Part shown: positions 1 to 10,454 of the stretch, one piece after another | Layout: every line of letters begins with the position of its first letter | How positions within the stretch are numbered: the stretch's first letter is position 1 | Assembly (NCBI GenBank): GCA_963822445.1 | Contig: CAWGHO010000003.1 | Location: 1,696,001 to 1,760,000, forward strand | Direction of reading: 5' to 3' | DNA from: an uncultured Acidobacteriota bacterium | GTDB lineage: Bacteria > Acidobacteriota > Thermoanaerobaculia > Gp7-AA8 | Length of the DNA stretch: 64,000 bases | Made by a program: the position numbers and the translations under genes | Notes under the pieces: model-generated | Told to the model about the DNA's origin: nothing | The model's database searches: none | The model's input: only the letters and a program-made list of their open reading frames with translations

Positions 1-2
1 CG

Positions 3-770
3 ACCGGCACTCCCTCCTTCTTCATGCATCCCACCGAGGCCATTCATGGCGATCTGGGGATGCTGGTGACGGGCGACGTCGTCCTGGCCATTTCCAATTC
101 GGGCGAGACCGAAGAGCTGATCAAGCTGCTGCCGAGCATCAAGCGCGTCGGCGCGGAGATGATCGCCATCACCGGGAACGCTGCGTCGACCCTGGCAAAA
201 GGCGCGGATCATCATCTTTCCGCGGCCATTTCCCAGGAAGCGTGTCCGCTTGGACTCGCACCGACCGCGTCGACCACGGCGACGCTGGCGCTGGGCGACG
301 CGCTGGCCATGGCCCTGCTCGTGCGGCGCGGCTTCAAAGAAGAAGACTTCGCCTTCCTCCATCCCGGCGGAAAGCTGGGCAAGCGCTTCCTGCGCGTTCG
401 CGATCTCATGCACTCCGGCGATGACGTTCCGACCGTCGCTGAGTCGGCGGAAATGCACGACGTCATCTACGAGATGTCGAAAAAAGGCTTCGGAATCGCG
501 GCGGTGATCGATGGAGAACGGCGTTTGCAGGGAGTGGTCTCGGACGGCGATCTCCGCCGGCTCCTTCAGCACGATGAACAGGTCATGAAGAAAACCGCGC
601 GCGACTCCATGAAGCGCGATCCCGTGACGATCGCTTCGAACGAGCTCGCTTCGGCGGCGCTGCAGATCATGGAGCAGCGAAAAATTACGTCACTTTTCAT
701 CGTCGATGACACGCGGCGAGTCGAAGGTATCATTCACATCCACGATCTCTGGGGCCTGGAACTCTTTTGA
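3..770 (+). CDS. kdsD: Arabinose-5-phosphate isomerase (SIS + CBS pair), 5'-truncated by the window edge
   Basis: Motifs HGDLG, SNSGET, EACPLGLAPT and HPGGKLG, followed by two CBS domains; the frame is open back to base 3. Confidence 0.92.
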   Translation, partial: TGTPSFFMHPTEAIHGDLGMLVTGDVVLAISNSGETEELIKLLPSIKRVGAEMIAITGNAASTLAKGADHHLSAAISQEACPLGLAPTASTTATLALGDALAMALLVRRGFKEEDFAFLHPGGKLGKRFLRVRDLMHSGDDVPTVAESAEMHDVIYEMSKKGFGIAAVIDGERRLQGVVSDGDLRRLLQHDEQVMKKTARDSMKRDPVTIASNELASAALQIMEQRKITSLFIVDDTRRVEGIIHIHDLWGLELF

Positions 771-1123
771 CGGACGGAAAAGCAGTTCTTCGATTTCGCG
801 ACGGCCGCACCGAGCGCGCGACGCTGGAGCCGATCGACGCCTCGCGCGAGGTGGTCGTCGTTCAGCGCGATGACGGACCGGCTGAAGTCCCCTTTTCCGA
901 GCTCAAGGCCGTGTTCTTCCCGCAAGAGAGCGCCGACGCGCTCGAGCCCGCCACGGGCATGCAGATCTCCGTCGAATTCAACGATGGCGAGGTCATCCGC
1001 GGGACGGCGCACTACAACCCCGAACGGAACGGCTTCTTCCTTTTCCCCGCCGACCGGAGCAAGAACGACCGGATCTTTGTTGTGAACTCGGCGATCGTCT
1101 CGATCGAAGTCGAGAAGCTGTAA
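767..1123 (+). CDS. Hypothetical protein with two short beta-rich repeats (DUF6982-like)
   Basis: Overlaps the kdsD stop; internal repeat VLRFRDGR / SVEFNDGE; ELKAVFF motif. Confidence 0.6.
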   Translation: MTDGKAVLRFRDGRTERATLEPIDASREVVVVQRDDGPAEVPFSELKAVFFPQESADALEPATGMQISVEFNDGEVIRGTAHYNPERNGFFLFPADRSKNDRIFVVNSAIVSIEVEKL

Positions 1124-1163
1124 GGCCGCTGATCCGGCCCGGTCATTGCTGAGGACTCCCATC

Positions 1164-1775
1164 ATGAAAACCACTGTCTTTCTATTGATTTGCGCCCTGT
1201 CCCTGCCCGCCTTCGGCGCGCCGATCGAGCTCGATCGCGCGGCCGCGGCGATGTCCGGGATGGAGGCCAGTTTCACCCATCGCTTCACCGCGAAAGGCTT
1301 CAAAACCAGCCAGGTCGAGAACGGCTCGGTCGTGTTCGGGGCGCTCCCCAAGATGCGCTGGAGCTACAACTCCCCCGAAAAGAAGATCTTCGTCTTCGAC
1401 GGCACGAGCTCCTGGTTCTATGTCCCCGCCGACAAGCAGGTCACCCTCGGCCGCGTCAGCGACGCCCGCAAGCGCGAGCTCCCCTTCCTCCTCCTCGGCG
1501 ACCCCGCGGCGCGCAACAAGTACTTCGTCGTGAAACAGCAAACCCGCAACGGTGCGGTCGTGACCACGCTCAATCCCCGCGACAGCAAAGCCGTCGTGCG
1601 CGCGGTCAGCGTGACCATCAACCCGTCGACGCACCTCATCTCCCGCATCGAATACACCGACCGCGAGGGCAACCGCACGTCCTTCGACTTCTCCGGTTAT
1701 CATCGCCGCGCCGCGTCGGCAGAGACGTTCCGATTCGATCCGCCGGCGGGAGTACAAGTGGTTCGCGCCGACTGA
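1164..1775 (+). CDS. lolA: Outer-membrane lipoprotein carrier LolA family
   Basis: Signal peptide; KMRWSYNSPEKKIFVFDG; ends F-x-F-x-PP-x-GV; GAGGA ribosome site. Confidence 0.85.
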   Translation: MKTTVFLLICALSLPAFGAPIELDRAAAAMSGMEASFTHRFTAKGFKTSQVENGSVVFGALPKMRWSYNSPEKKIFVFDGTSSWFYVPADKQVTLGRVSDARKRELPFLLLGDPAARNKYFVVKQQTRNGAVVTTLNPRDSKAVVRAVSVTINPSTHLISRIEYTDREGNRTSFDFSGYHRRAASAETFRFDPPAGVQVVRAD

Positions 1776-1778
1776 AAA

Positions 1779-1840
1779 CAGTAGGCGGTAGGCGGTAGGC
1801 AGTGGAAACGGTTTTCCTGCCCACTGCCCACTGCCCACTG
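1779..1840. repeat. Inverted heptamer tandem-repeat hairpin (CRGTAGG / CTGCCCA)
   Basis: Left arm 1779-1805 cagtagg cggtagg cggtagg cagtgg; right arm 1817-1840 (ctgccca)x3 ctg. Confidence 0.85.
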
Positions 1841-1869
1841 CGAGCGCGACGCAAGGAGCGCGTACTGCC

Positions 1870-2364
1870 ATGCCCCAGGACTTTTCATTCGACATCGTCT
1901 CCAAAACCGAGATGCAGGAAGTCGCCAACGCCGTCCAGCAGGCTCAGAAGGAGCTCGCTCAGCGGTTCGATTTCAAGGGCAGCAAGAGCTCGATCGAGCT
2001 GACCGCCGAGGAGATCGTGCTGACCAGCGACGACGAGGGGAAGCTTCGCAGCGTGAAGGACATCCTCGAGTCGAAGCTGGTCAAGCGCCACGTCGCGCTC
2101 AAGGCCATCGACTACCAGAAGCTCGAGGACGCGACCATGGGCACCGTCCGGCAGAAGGCCAAGATCGTCCAGGGCATCGAGAGCGATAAGGCCAAGGCCA
2201 TCGTCAAGGCCATCAAGGACGCCAAGGTCAAGGTCCAGGCGTCGATTCAGTCCGACCAGGTGCGCGTCGTCGGGCGCAGCAAGGACGATCTGCAGAAGGC
2301 CATCGCCGTGGTGAAGGAAAACGACTTCGGAATTCCCCTCCAGTTCACGAACTACCGCGGTTGA
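1870..2364 (+). CDS. yajQ: YajQ family nucleotide/c-di-GMP-binding protein
   Basis: SFDIVSK, RFDFKG, KVQASIQ-DQVRV and LQFTNYR motifs. Confidence 0.95.
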   Translation: MPQDFSFDIVSKTEMQEVANAVQQAQKELAQRFDFKGSKSSIELTAEEIVLTSDDEGKLRSVKDILESKLVKRHVALKAIDYQKLEDATMGTVRQKAKIVQGIESDKAKAIVKAIKDAKVKVQASIQSDQVRVVGRSKDDLQKAIAVVKENDFGIPLQFTNYRG

Positions 2365-2398
2365 GCGCCAAAGCCGCTATCGACTATCCTTGCGGCTC

Positions 2399-3406
2399 GT
2401 GACAGCTCCCCGCACCCTCAACGGTCACACGGCTTATGCGGACCGGCTCCTCGACCTGATCGCTCCGAAACTCGAGCTCGTCGAGGAAGAGCTGCAGCGG
2501 CATTTCCGCTCGCAGATCAGGACCATCGCCGACGTCGGGGAGCACATCCTGGCCGGCGGCGGAAAACGGCTCCGCCCCGCCCTGCTCCTCCTGGTCTCGC
2601 AGATGGTCCGTTACGACGGCTACCGCGACGTGACCTACGGCGCAGTCGTGGAGTTCATTCACACGGCGACGCTCGTCCACGACGACATCATCGATGAGGC
2701 AGACGTGCGCCGCGGCCGCACCTCGATCAACTATCGCTGGGGCAACAACCTCACCGTCCTGGTCGGCGACTACATCTTCATGCACTCGATGCACATCGCC
2801 CTCGGCGAAGGCAATCTCGACGTGCTCCGGCTCCTGTCGAACGTGACCATCCGCATGATCGAAGGCGAGATCCTGGGCCTCGAGCAAAGCGGACGCGCGG
2901 ACCTGTCGAGCGAGGATTACTTCGACGTGGTCGGCCGCAAGACCGCGGCACTGTTCGGCGCCTGCTGCCGCATCCCGGCTTACCTCGTGGACATGCCCGA
3001 GGCGCAGGCGCAGGCGCTGTTCAACTACGGATTCAACCTCGGCATCTGCTTCCAGCTCATCGACGACCTGCTCGACTTCACCTCCAGCACCGAGGTCCTC
3101 GGCAAGCCGGTGTTATCGGATCTGAAGGAAGGCAAGGTCACCCTGCCGCTGATCCTCGCCCTGCCGCGCGCAACTCCGCGCGAGCGCGAGATCGTCGCGC
3201 GCGTGGCCTCGATGAAGTCGTTCGACGGGATCGAGCCGCAGGAGATCCTGAACATCGTCAACCGCTACGACGCGCTGGAGCAGACTCGCGGAATCGCTCG
3301 CGATTACGCGAATCGCGCCCGCCGCGCGCTGGAGCCGTTCCCGGCCTCACCGGCGAAAGAGACGCTGGAGATGGCGCTCGATTTCGTGCTGGAGCGGGAC
3401 CGGTAG
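2399..3406 (+). CDS. Trans-polyprenyl diphosphate synthase
   Basis: GGKRLRP, LVHDDIID-RRG, FQLIDDLLD and GK-SDL-EGK motifs; the GTG start is inferred. Confidence 0.92.
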   Translation: MTAPRTLNGHTAYADRLLDLIAPKLELVEEELQRHFRSQIRTIADVGEHILAGGGKRLRPALLLLVSQMVRYDGYRDVTYGAVVEFIHTATLVHDDIIDEADVRRGRTSINYRWGNNLTVLVGDYIFMHSMHIALGEGNLDVLRLLSNVTIRMIEGEILGLEQSGRADLSSEDYFDVVGRKTAALFGACCRIPAYLVDMPEAQAQALFNYGFNLGICFQLIDDLLDFTSSTEVLGKPVLSDLKEGKVTLPLILALPRATPREREIVARVASMKSFDGIEPQEILNIVNRYDALEQTRGIARDYANRARRALEPFPASPAKETLEMALDFVLERDR

Positions 3407-3414
3407 TACTGCGG

Positions 3415-3810
3415 TTAGCTCAACATCTCCATGATCTCCGACATCGCCGCGCGGGCACGCGCGTGAACGGTGTCGTTCGCGCCATCCGCTGACAGGCGGA
3501 TCACCTTGTTGTACTGCTCGATGGCCCGGTCGTACTCGCCGAGGCAGCGGTGGTAGATGTCGCCCTTGCAGAGCTTGGCCTCGAGGTTCAGCGGGTCGAG
3601 CTCGAGGATCTTGTTGAGGAAGATCATCGCCGTGTCGTACTTCTCCTCCTCCATGGCCATGCGGTAACGGAGGCGGTAGAGCGTGATCAGCTCGTTGTTC
3701 TTCGGATCGATCCACGCGCCGGGAAGGTAGGTCAGGAGCGTGGAGAGGAGGCGGCTCTTGGGAGCCACCGTGGCATTCGAGCGCTTCACCTGAATCATCT
3801 GCCGCATCAC
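3415..3810 (-). CDS. Small TPR protein
   Basis: TPR-like helices (NKILELDPLNLEAKL; YDRAIEQYNKVI); GGAGGG ribosome site and its own promoter. Confidence 0.75.
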   Translation of the reverse strand: MMRQMIQVKRSNATVAPKSRLLSTLLTYLPGAWIDPKNNELITLYRLRYRMAMEEEKYDTAMIFLNKILELDPLNLEAKLCKGDIYHRCLGEYDRAIEQYNKVIRLSADGANDTVHARARAAMSEIMEMLS

Positions 3811-3836
3811 ACCCTCCCAACGTCGAATTGCTACTC

Positions 3837-3865
3837 AGTGTAGAGCGATGCGGCTTGATCGTCAA
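3837..3865 (-). promoter_or_regulatory. Sigma70-type promoter of the TPR gene
   Basis: TTGACG-17 nt-TACACT on the minus strand. Confidence 0.7.
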
Positions 3866-3878
3866 GAGGTTGACGATC

Positions 3879-4474
<596 letters not shown>

Positions 4475-4484
4475 CCGCTCGCGC

Positions 4485-4558
4485 GAAATGCAGAATGCAG
4501 AATGCAAAATGCAGAAGGGATCATCTTTCTGCATTCTGCATTTTGCATTCTGCATTTC
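4485..4558. repeat. Inverted heptamer tandem-repeat hairpin (TGCAGAA / TTCTGCA) between convergent genes
   Basis: Arms 4485-4516 and 4527-4558, 32 nt each, nearly perfectly complementary. Confidence 0.92.
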
Positions 4559-4568
4559 CGCGTTCGGC

Positions 4569-5549
4569 CTAAGCCGAACGCGGATCGAGCGCATCACGAA
4601 ACCGCTCGCCGATGATGTTGAACGCCGCGACCGTCGTGAAGATCGCCACGCCCGGGAAGAGCACCAGCCACCACGCATACTCGATGTGCTCGCGCGCGGC
4701 GGAGAGCATGCTTCCCCACGACGACGTCGGCAGCGGCACGCCGAGCCCGAGGAAAGAGAGTGCTGATTCGGTGAGGATGGCGACCGCCACGCCGAAGCTC
4801 GCTGACACGAGCACCGGTGCAATCGCGTTCGGCAGAAGGTGGTGGACGATGATCCGCGCGTCGCGCGCGCCGCTTGCCCGCGCGGCCTGCGCGTATTCGA
4901 TCTCGCGGATGCGCAGAAACTCACCGCGGACGTAGCGTGCCTCGTTTGTCCAGGATGTAAGGCCGAGGGCGATCATGATCGTGTACATCGACGGGCGGAA
5001 CAGCGCGACGATGCCGAGAACGAGGAAGAGGAACGGAAAGCAGAGCACGACCTCGATCAGGCGCGAGACGACCCAGTCCACGCCGCGGCCGTAGTAGCCG
5101 GCCAGTGCGCCGAGGAACGAGCCGACGACCACCGAGATCGCCGTGGCCAGAAATCCGACGGTCAGCGAAACCCGCGCGCCGTGAATGAGCCGCGCCAGGA
5201 CATCGCGCCCCAGATCATCCGTGCCCAGAAGATGTGCACCTTTCGGCGGGGCGAGGCGGCTGCCCAGTTCGATCGCGTTCGGGGAAAACGAGACCGGCGC
5301 GGGCAGCACGACCCTGGTTTTGCCGCCGGGCGCATCGATGTCCGGATCGTCACTCCAGTAGTCCGCGAACGCCGGGAAGCTCAGTCCCGTCTCATCTCTG
5401 GCGATCAGCGGCTTCCGATTCGCGAGCAACGGCGCGAGCAACGCGACGAGGCTCATCACGATCACGTAGACCAGCGCGACCGTGGCCAGCTTGCTGCGGC
5501 GGAAGCGCTTCCAGGTCTCATTCGTGGCCGATGGGTCGCGTCGCATCAC
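4569..5549 (-). CDS. Peptide ABC transporter permease (OppC/DppC-like)
   Basis: HLLGTDDLGRD, EAA loop (YAQAARASGA), LRDALDP-like end. Confidence 0.93.
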   Translation of the reverse strand: MMRRDPSATNETWKRFRRSKLATVALVYVIVMSLVALLAPLLANRKPLIARDETGLSFPAFADYWSDDPDIDAPGGKTRVVLPAPVSFSPNAIELGSRLAPPKGAHLLGTDDLGRDVLARLIHGARVSLTVGFLATAISVVVGSFLGALAGYYGRGVDWVVSRLIEVVLCFPFLFLVLGIVALFRPSMYTIMIALGLTSWTNEARYVRGEFLRIREIEYAQAARASGARDARIIVHHLLPNAIAPVLVSASFGVAVAILTESALSFLGLGVPLPTSSWGSMLSAAREHIEYAWWLVLFPGVAIFTTVAAFNIIGERFRDALDPRSA

Positions 5550-6532
5550 GCTCCCTCGCCCAGCCGCACGCGCGGATCAGCCAGCGCGTAAAGAATGTCC
5601 GCGAGCACGCTGGCCAGCAGCGTGACGATCGCCGTAGCCACGGTCAGCCCCATCACCACGGGATAGTCGCGCGTGAGGATCGCGTCGTAGTACAGCAGGC
5701 CCACGCCGTCCCACTGGAAGATCTGCTCGACAATCACGCTGCCCGAAATGAGGTAGGGAATGGTCAGGCCGAGGAGGGTGATCAGCGGGATGAGGGCGTT
5801 GCGAAAGGCGTGGCGCCACATCACCGCCGCCTCCCCCGCCCCCCGCGCCCGCGCCGCCGTAATGAAATCCGCGCGGATCACCTCGGACAGCGCAGACTTC
5901 GAAAATCGCGCGAAGATCGCCAGTTGCGCGTAGGTCAGCGTGAGCACCGGCAGCACCATGTGCTGCATCCGATCGGCGATGCGCGCGGCCGTTCCGAGCT
6001 CGTAGTAGTCGTCCGAGGTCATCCCGAAGAGCGGGAAGACGTCCATGCGGACGGAGAAGAACTGCATGAGCAGCAGCGCCACCCAGAAACTCGGGAGTGA
6101 GTAGAGAAGAAAGAAGAGGACCGCCGAGGCGCGCTCGATCGGGCGGCCGGATCTCGCGGCGCTCCAGAGACCGATCGGGATTCCCACGACCGCCGCGAGC
6201 AGGAATGCGGCAACATTCAGTTGCAGCGTGTTCGGGAGCTTCTCGAAGATCAGTTCGCGGACGTCGCGGCGCTCGACGATCGAGCGTCCGAAATCGAGTG
6301 AGACCACCCGCCGCACCCAGTGCAGGTACTGGATCGGCAGCGGCTGGTCGAGGTGGTGCTCGCGGCGAATCGCGTCCAGGATCTCAGGCGGAATGGTGTG
6401 GGTACCGGCACGGGCGATGTAGAAGGTGATCGGATCGCCGGGCACGCTGTGGACCAGCGTGAAGGTCGCGATGGTGATGCCGAAGAAAGTCAGGATCGCG
6501 TAGACGAGCCGCCGGATGAGGTAGCGGCCCAT
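5546..6532 (-). CDS. Peptide ABC transporter permease (OppB/DppB-like)
   Basis: PGDP, LDQPL-QY, TAARARG, HAFRNA and RDYPVV motifs. Confidence 0.93.
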   Translation of the reverse strand: MGRYLIRRLVYAILTFFGITIATFTLVHSVPGDPITFYIARAGTHTIPPEILDAIRREHHLDQPLPIQYLHWVRRVVSLDFGRSIVERRDVRELIFEKLPNTLQLNVAAFLLAAVVGIPIGLWSAARSGRPIERASAVLFFLLYSLPSFWVALLLMQFFSVRMDVFPLFGMTSDDYYELGTAARIADRMQHMVLPVLTLTYAQLAIFARFSKSALSEVIRADFITAARARGAGEAAVMWRHAFRNALIPLITLLGLTIPYLISGSVIVEQIFQWDGVGLLYYDAILTRDYPVVMGLTVATAIVTLLASVLADILYALADPRVRLGEGA

Positions 6533-6533
6533 A

Positions 6534-8168
6534 TCACCGCGGACCGCGGTCCTGCGCGAGCCACCACCCGTGCTCGCCCGGATCCCAGAGGAAGAAGCCG
6601 AAGCCGCGGCTGTTCTGCACGTTCCGCAGCCGCTTGGCCAGCACCCACTTGGCCGAGGATTGAATCATCCACGTGTAGGGCTGATCCTCGGAGAGCACCG
6701 CGTGGAGCTGGTTGTAGATCTCTTTGCGCTTCGATTGATCCAGCTCGCGCCGCCCCGCCTCGATCAGGCGATCGGCCTCGGGATTCGAATAGAACACGAC
6801 GTTCTGACCGCGCGGCGGGATCTGCGACGAGTGGAAGAGCGCGAACGGATCGGGATCGGGATCGAGATCCCATCCGCCGTACATCGCCTCGAAGTTTCCG
6901 GCGAGCAGACGCTGGATGGCGGTGGCGCCGTCGAGAACGACCAGCTCCGCATCCACGCCGACCCGTTTGAGCTCGGCCTGCACCATCTGGGCGAGCTGCT
7001 TGGTCACAGCGTTGCCGGCCATGATGATCAGATCGAACCGGAACGGCTTGCCGCCGCGATCGAGGATGCCGTCCTTGTCGCTGTCGGTCCATCCCGCTTC
7101 CGCGAGCAGCCGGCCGGCCCCATCGGGATCGTAGCGGATCACCGGAACCTCGGGGTTGTACGCCCAGTTGTCCGGCACGAAGTGGCCGCTCATCGCCCGC
7201 GCGGTGCCGTGGTAGAGATCCTTGACGATCGCCTCGATGGGCATGCACATGCTCAGCGCGCGGCGGACCCGCTTGTCTTTGAAGAGCGGGTTGCGGTTGT
7301 TCCAGGCGACGTAGTTGTAATTCAGGCTGTAGAAGCGCTCGAAGTTGAGGGCGTTCTTGTGCGAGGGATTGTTCTGCTCGCGCATCCAGGTGTCGGACGT
7401 GACCAGGGTCTCGTCGATGTCGCCGCGCTTGATCGCGTTCCAGGCCGTGCCGTGATCGATGATGATCTTGAAGATGACGGTCTTGATCCGCGGCCTGGTG
7501 CCCCAGTAGTCGTCGCGGCGCTCCATCACGATCTCGCGGCCCGGATCGCGGCGCACGAGCTTGTACGCGCCGGTGCCGACGGCGATGTTGTTGTAGTCCT
7601 GGCGGAAATTGCCCTTGCCGTAAACGCGCTCGGAAATCGGCAGGACGTCGTTGAAGCGAAGCAGCTGCGAGGCCAGGGCCTGCTTGAAGGCGACCTGCAG
7701 GGTGTGATCGTCGATGGCGCGCGTCTTCGAGAGATCCATCGCCTCGAACGAACCGGCGATCTGCACCGCCTCCGATGCGGGGTCGGCGATCTTGCGGAGC
7801 GTGAACACGACGTCGCTCGCGCGCACGGGCGTGCCGTCTGAGAACGTGGCCTTCTCGTTCAGTTTGAAGGTGTAGAGCAGGCCGTCCTTGGAGATCTCCC
7901 ACTCTTTCGCGAGGCCCGGCGCGGGCCTGAGGTCCTCGTCGATGTGGATCAGCGGCGTGTGGAGGTAGGAGCCGACGTAACGGTCGTACCGGCTGCTGGC
8001 GATGACGGGATTGAGGCCGACGACGTCGGTTTCGAGCCGGCGGTACAGCGTCCCGCCGTCGCGGGGCGTGTCGTCATCGACGGGAACGGCCTGCTGCGTG
8101 ACCTTCTGTTCCGGCGCGCAAGACACCACGAGCACGAGAACGGCGAGCAGCGCGAAGGACCGGCGCAC
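6534..8168 (-). CDS. Peptide ABC transporter substrate-binding lipoprotein (family 5)
   Basis: Lipobox VVSC; LAKEWEIS-DG-YTFKL; FSDGTP; GTGAYK. Confidence 0.92.
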   Translation of the reverse strand: MRRSFALLAVLVLVVSCAPEQKVTQQAVPVDDDTPRDGGTLYRRLETDVVGLNPVIASSRYDRYVGSYLHTPLIHIDEDLRPAPGLAKEWEISKDGLLYTFKLNEKATFSDGTPVRASDVVFTLRKIADPASEAVQIAGSFEAMDLSKTRAIDDHTLQVAFKQALASQLLRFNDVLPISERVYGKGNFRQDYNNIAVGTGAYKLVRRDPGREIVMERRDDYWGTRPRIKTVIFKIIIDHGTAWNAIKRGDIDETLVTSDTWMREQNNPSHKNALNFERFYSLNYNYVAWNNRNPLFKDKRVRRALSMCMPIEAIVKDLYHGTARAMSGHFVPDNWAYNPEVPVIRYDPDGAGRLLAEAGWTDSDKDGILDRGGKPFRFDLIIMAGNAVTKQLAQMVQAELKRVGVDAELVVLDGATAIQRLLAGNFEAMYGGWDLDPDPDPFALFHSSQIPPRGQNVVFYSNPEADRLIEAGRRELDQSKRKEIYNQLHAVLSEDQPYTWMIQSSAKWVLAKRLRNVQNSRGFGFFLWDPGEHGWWLAQDRGPR

Positions 8169-8196
8169 TCCGCGATTATAGCCACGCCCGCGTCCG

Positions 8197-10371
8197 TTAC
8201 CGCAGTGTGATCGACTCCGTGCTCACGTTGAAGAAGCCATCCACCGCCCGGACGATGACGAACTTGCCGTCGACGTCGTTCTTCGGCAGGCGGAACGTCT
8301 CGTCGCGCGAGTCGGCGATTCCGTCGACCGGAATGAGGCGGATCCACTTCTCCGCGTCGGCCGAATACTCGACCTTCCCCACCGGCGAGAGCTCGTCGGT
8401 GATGCGGACCACGACCTCGCTGCCGCTCGAGGAGACGGCGATGGCCGGGGCCTTGTTGTCGATCTGGAACTCGACCCCTTCCTTCGTGTCGGTGAGCGGC
8501 TGCTCGGGATTGTCGGTGGCGTCGCTGGCGACGAGGCGCAGCTCATAACGGCCATCCGGCAACTGGGAGGTGTCGAAGTTGAGCTGCGTCTCTTCCATGT
8601 TCTCGCGCAGGCGGAGCCACTTCTCCTCGCCTTTGCGGCGGAACGAGAGCGTGTAGCGCAGCGCGTCACCGTTCTCGTCTTCGGCGCGCCAGCTCACGGT
8701 GCGGAAGCCCTTGCGGAACATCCGCTTGCCCTGATCGCCCTGGGCGCGCTCGCGGGGGTTGTCGAGACTGGTGAAGATGCCGTACTCGTCGGGATTCGTG
8801 GCCTCGACGACCTGCGGTGCGCTCGGATACGCGGCGCTGATGAAGACCACCGCGGGATCCTGCACGGCGATCGCGGAGATCTCGGGGGCGACGTTGCGAT
8901 TGATGAAAGCCACGGTCACGCCGTCGATGGCCGCATCGGCCGCCGGCTTGGGCATGGTCAGCTTCCACTGGACGTACCGCGCCGCGGGAACGTCGATCTT
9001 TCCCTCGAGGGTGTTCTGGGCGAGCGTCCAGGCGCTCCAGGTCGAATCGGGCGTACGGGTGTTGCCGGAGCGGAAGGCGATGGCCACGTTTCCCGCCGCG
9101 AGATTGCGGCCTTCGATGCGGTAGTTGCCGAAGCGCGAGAAGCGCTCCGCGTCTTTGGCAGCCGAGCGGAACTCCGCGTTCTGCGCGGTGCCGCCTTCCA
9201 TCCGGTAGACCGCACCGCTGTTGGTCGTCGTGATCACCGTCGCGTTTCCGGACGCGTTGATCGAGACGATCTGCTTTTCGGGAACGGCGCCCGCGAGCGC
9301 GATCTCGCCGTCGCGCAGTTCGTAGATCCGGCCGTTCGGGCCGGTGGCGATGAGCACTCCCCCATCGCGGGCGGCGCTGAGCGCGTAGACCATCTCCCGC
9401 TCGAATTTCTGCACGGTCTCGACGAAACCGTCGGGGTTGATGCGGTAGATTTCGGCGCTGCCGCTCTGCGATGCGGCGGATGCACTTTCGTCGAAGGAGA
9501 ATGTCACCTCGACGGCCGTTGCCTCCCCTTCCTTCTTCGCTTCGCCGGAGCCCGACGTCGATTGCTGCTGTTGCTGCTGGCCCGAGCCTTTGGCCGGCTG
9601 GGTCGACTTGGCGGGCGCGCTGCTCGGCAGCACGTTGCTGGCCGCGGAGACCCAGCCGATGCCGTTCGCGTCGACGAAGATCGAGGAGATCTCGTTCAAA
9701 GGAGAGTCGAAGAGCGCATGGGCGGAACCCGTCGCGGAGATTTCGTAGATGCGGCCTTTGCCCGATGCGCCGGCGAGCAGCGTTCCGTTGCCTCGCTCGG
9801 CGAGGGAGCGGATGTGCGTGTCCGGCGCGTCGTACAGCACTTTGCCTTCGCCCTTGGAGTTGACGCGGAAAAGCTGTCCTTCGACGCCGGTCGCCACGGC
9901 GAGATCGCCGCCTTCCAGCGGCTCGAGTGCCCAGATGTAAGCCTGTTTCGGATCGAAGAAGGTCGTGTTCGCGCCGCTTTCGGGATCGACGCGATAGACC
10001 TTGCCGTTCGGCGATGTCCCCGCGAAAACCGCCCCATCCTTGAAAGCCACCGCATAGACCTCGGGCTCGGGAGCGGTGAAGAGCAGTTTCAGATCGCTGC
10101 CGCGGAGACGATAGACCTTCCCGTCGTTGCCCGTGCCGAAGAAGCGATCGCCATTCGGTGCGGAGGTCTGCGAGAGGACGAACGGATCGGTGAACGAGGC
10201 GATCTTGCGAACGCCCGGCGCGAGCCGCAGCTCGCCGCGGGTGTTGACGGCGAAGCCTTCGATCTCACCGGCGAGAAAGTCTTCCGCGGTGGTGACCCGC
10301 CAGAACTGGGGCTGGACCGCGAAAAGGTTGGTTGCTGCGAGGAACACCAGTGCAACAGGGAGAAAACGCAT
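8197..10371 (-). CDS. Secreted beta-propeller + fibronectin-III-like protein, commonly paired with the S55 peptidase
   Basis: Signal peptide MRFLPV; repeated GT-GKVY-like blades; low-complexity Q/S linker; AAGGA ribosome site. Confidence 0.75.
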   Translation of the reverse strand: MRFLPVALVFLAATNLFAVQPQFWRVTTAEDFLAGEIEGFAVNTRGELRLAPGVRKIASFTDPFVLSQTSAPNGDRFFGTGNDGKVYRLRGSDLKLLFTAPEPEVYAVAFKDGAVFAGTSPNGKVYRVDPESGANTTFFDPKQAYIWALEPLEGGDLAVATGVEGQLFRVNSKGEGKVLYDAPDTHIRSLAERGNGTLLAGASGKGRIYEISATGSAHALFDSPLNEISSIFVDANGIGWVSAASNVLPSSAPAKSTQPAKGSGQQQQQQSTSGSGEAKKEGEATAVEVTFSFDESASAASQSGSAEIYRINPDGFVETVQKFEREMVYALSAARDGGVLIATGPNGRIYELRDGEIALAGAVPEKQIVSINASGNATVITTTNSGAVYRMEGGTAQNAEFRSAAKDAERFSRFGNYRIEGRNLAAGNVAIAFRSGNTRTPDSTWSAWTLAQNTLEGKIDVPAARYVQWKLTMPKPAADAAIDGVTVAFINRNVAPEISAIAVQDPAVVFISAAYPSAPQVVEATNPDEYGIFTSLDNPRERAQGDQGKRMFRKGFRTVSWRAEDENGDALRYTLSFRRKGEEKWLRLRENMEETQLNFDTSQLPDGRYELRLVASDATDNPEQPLTDTKEGVEFQIDNKAPAIAVSSSGSEVVVRITDELSPVGKVEYSADAEKWIRLIPVDGIADSRDETFRLPKNDVDGKFVIVRAVDGFFNVSTESITLR

Positions 10372-10385
10372 TGGTTCCTTTCGGT

Positions 10386-10454
10386 CGTGTAGTGTGGGCC
10401 TCCGGCCTACCTCTGGGCGGGGCGCGAAGGTAGGCCGGAGGCCCACACTACACG
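10386..10454. repeat. REP doublet (REPIN-like), GTAG class
   Basis: Perfect 27-bp inverted repeat cgtgtagtgtgggcctccggcctacct / aggtaggccggaggcccacactacacg; each half is itself palindromic. Confidence 0.85.

Noticed and set aside
9562-9580. CAG/CAA poly-Gln tract as a phase-variable repeat
   Set aside because: It is a short, mixed-codon, in-frame linker.
10372-10446. N-terminal extension of the beta-propeller ORF
   Set aside because: It is translated REP sequence; the signal peptide begins at 10371.
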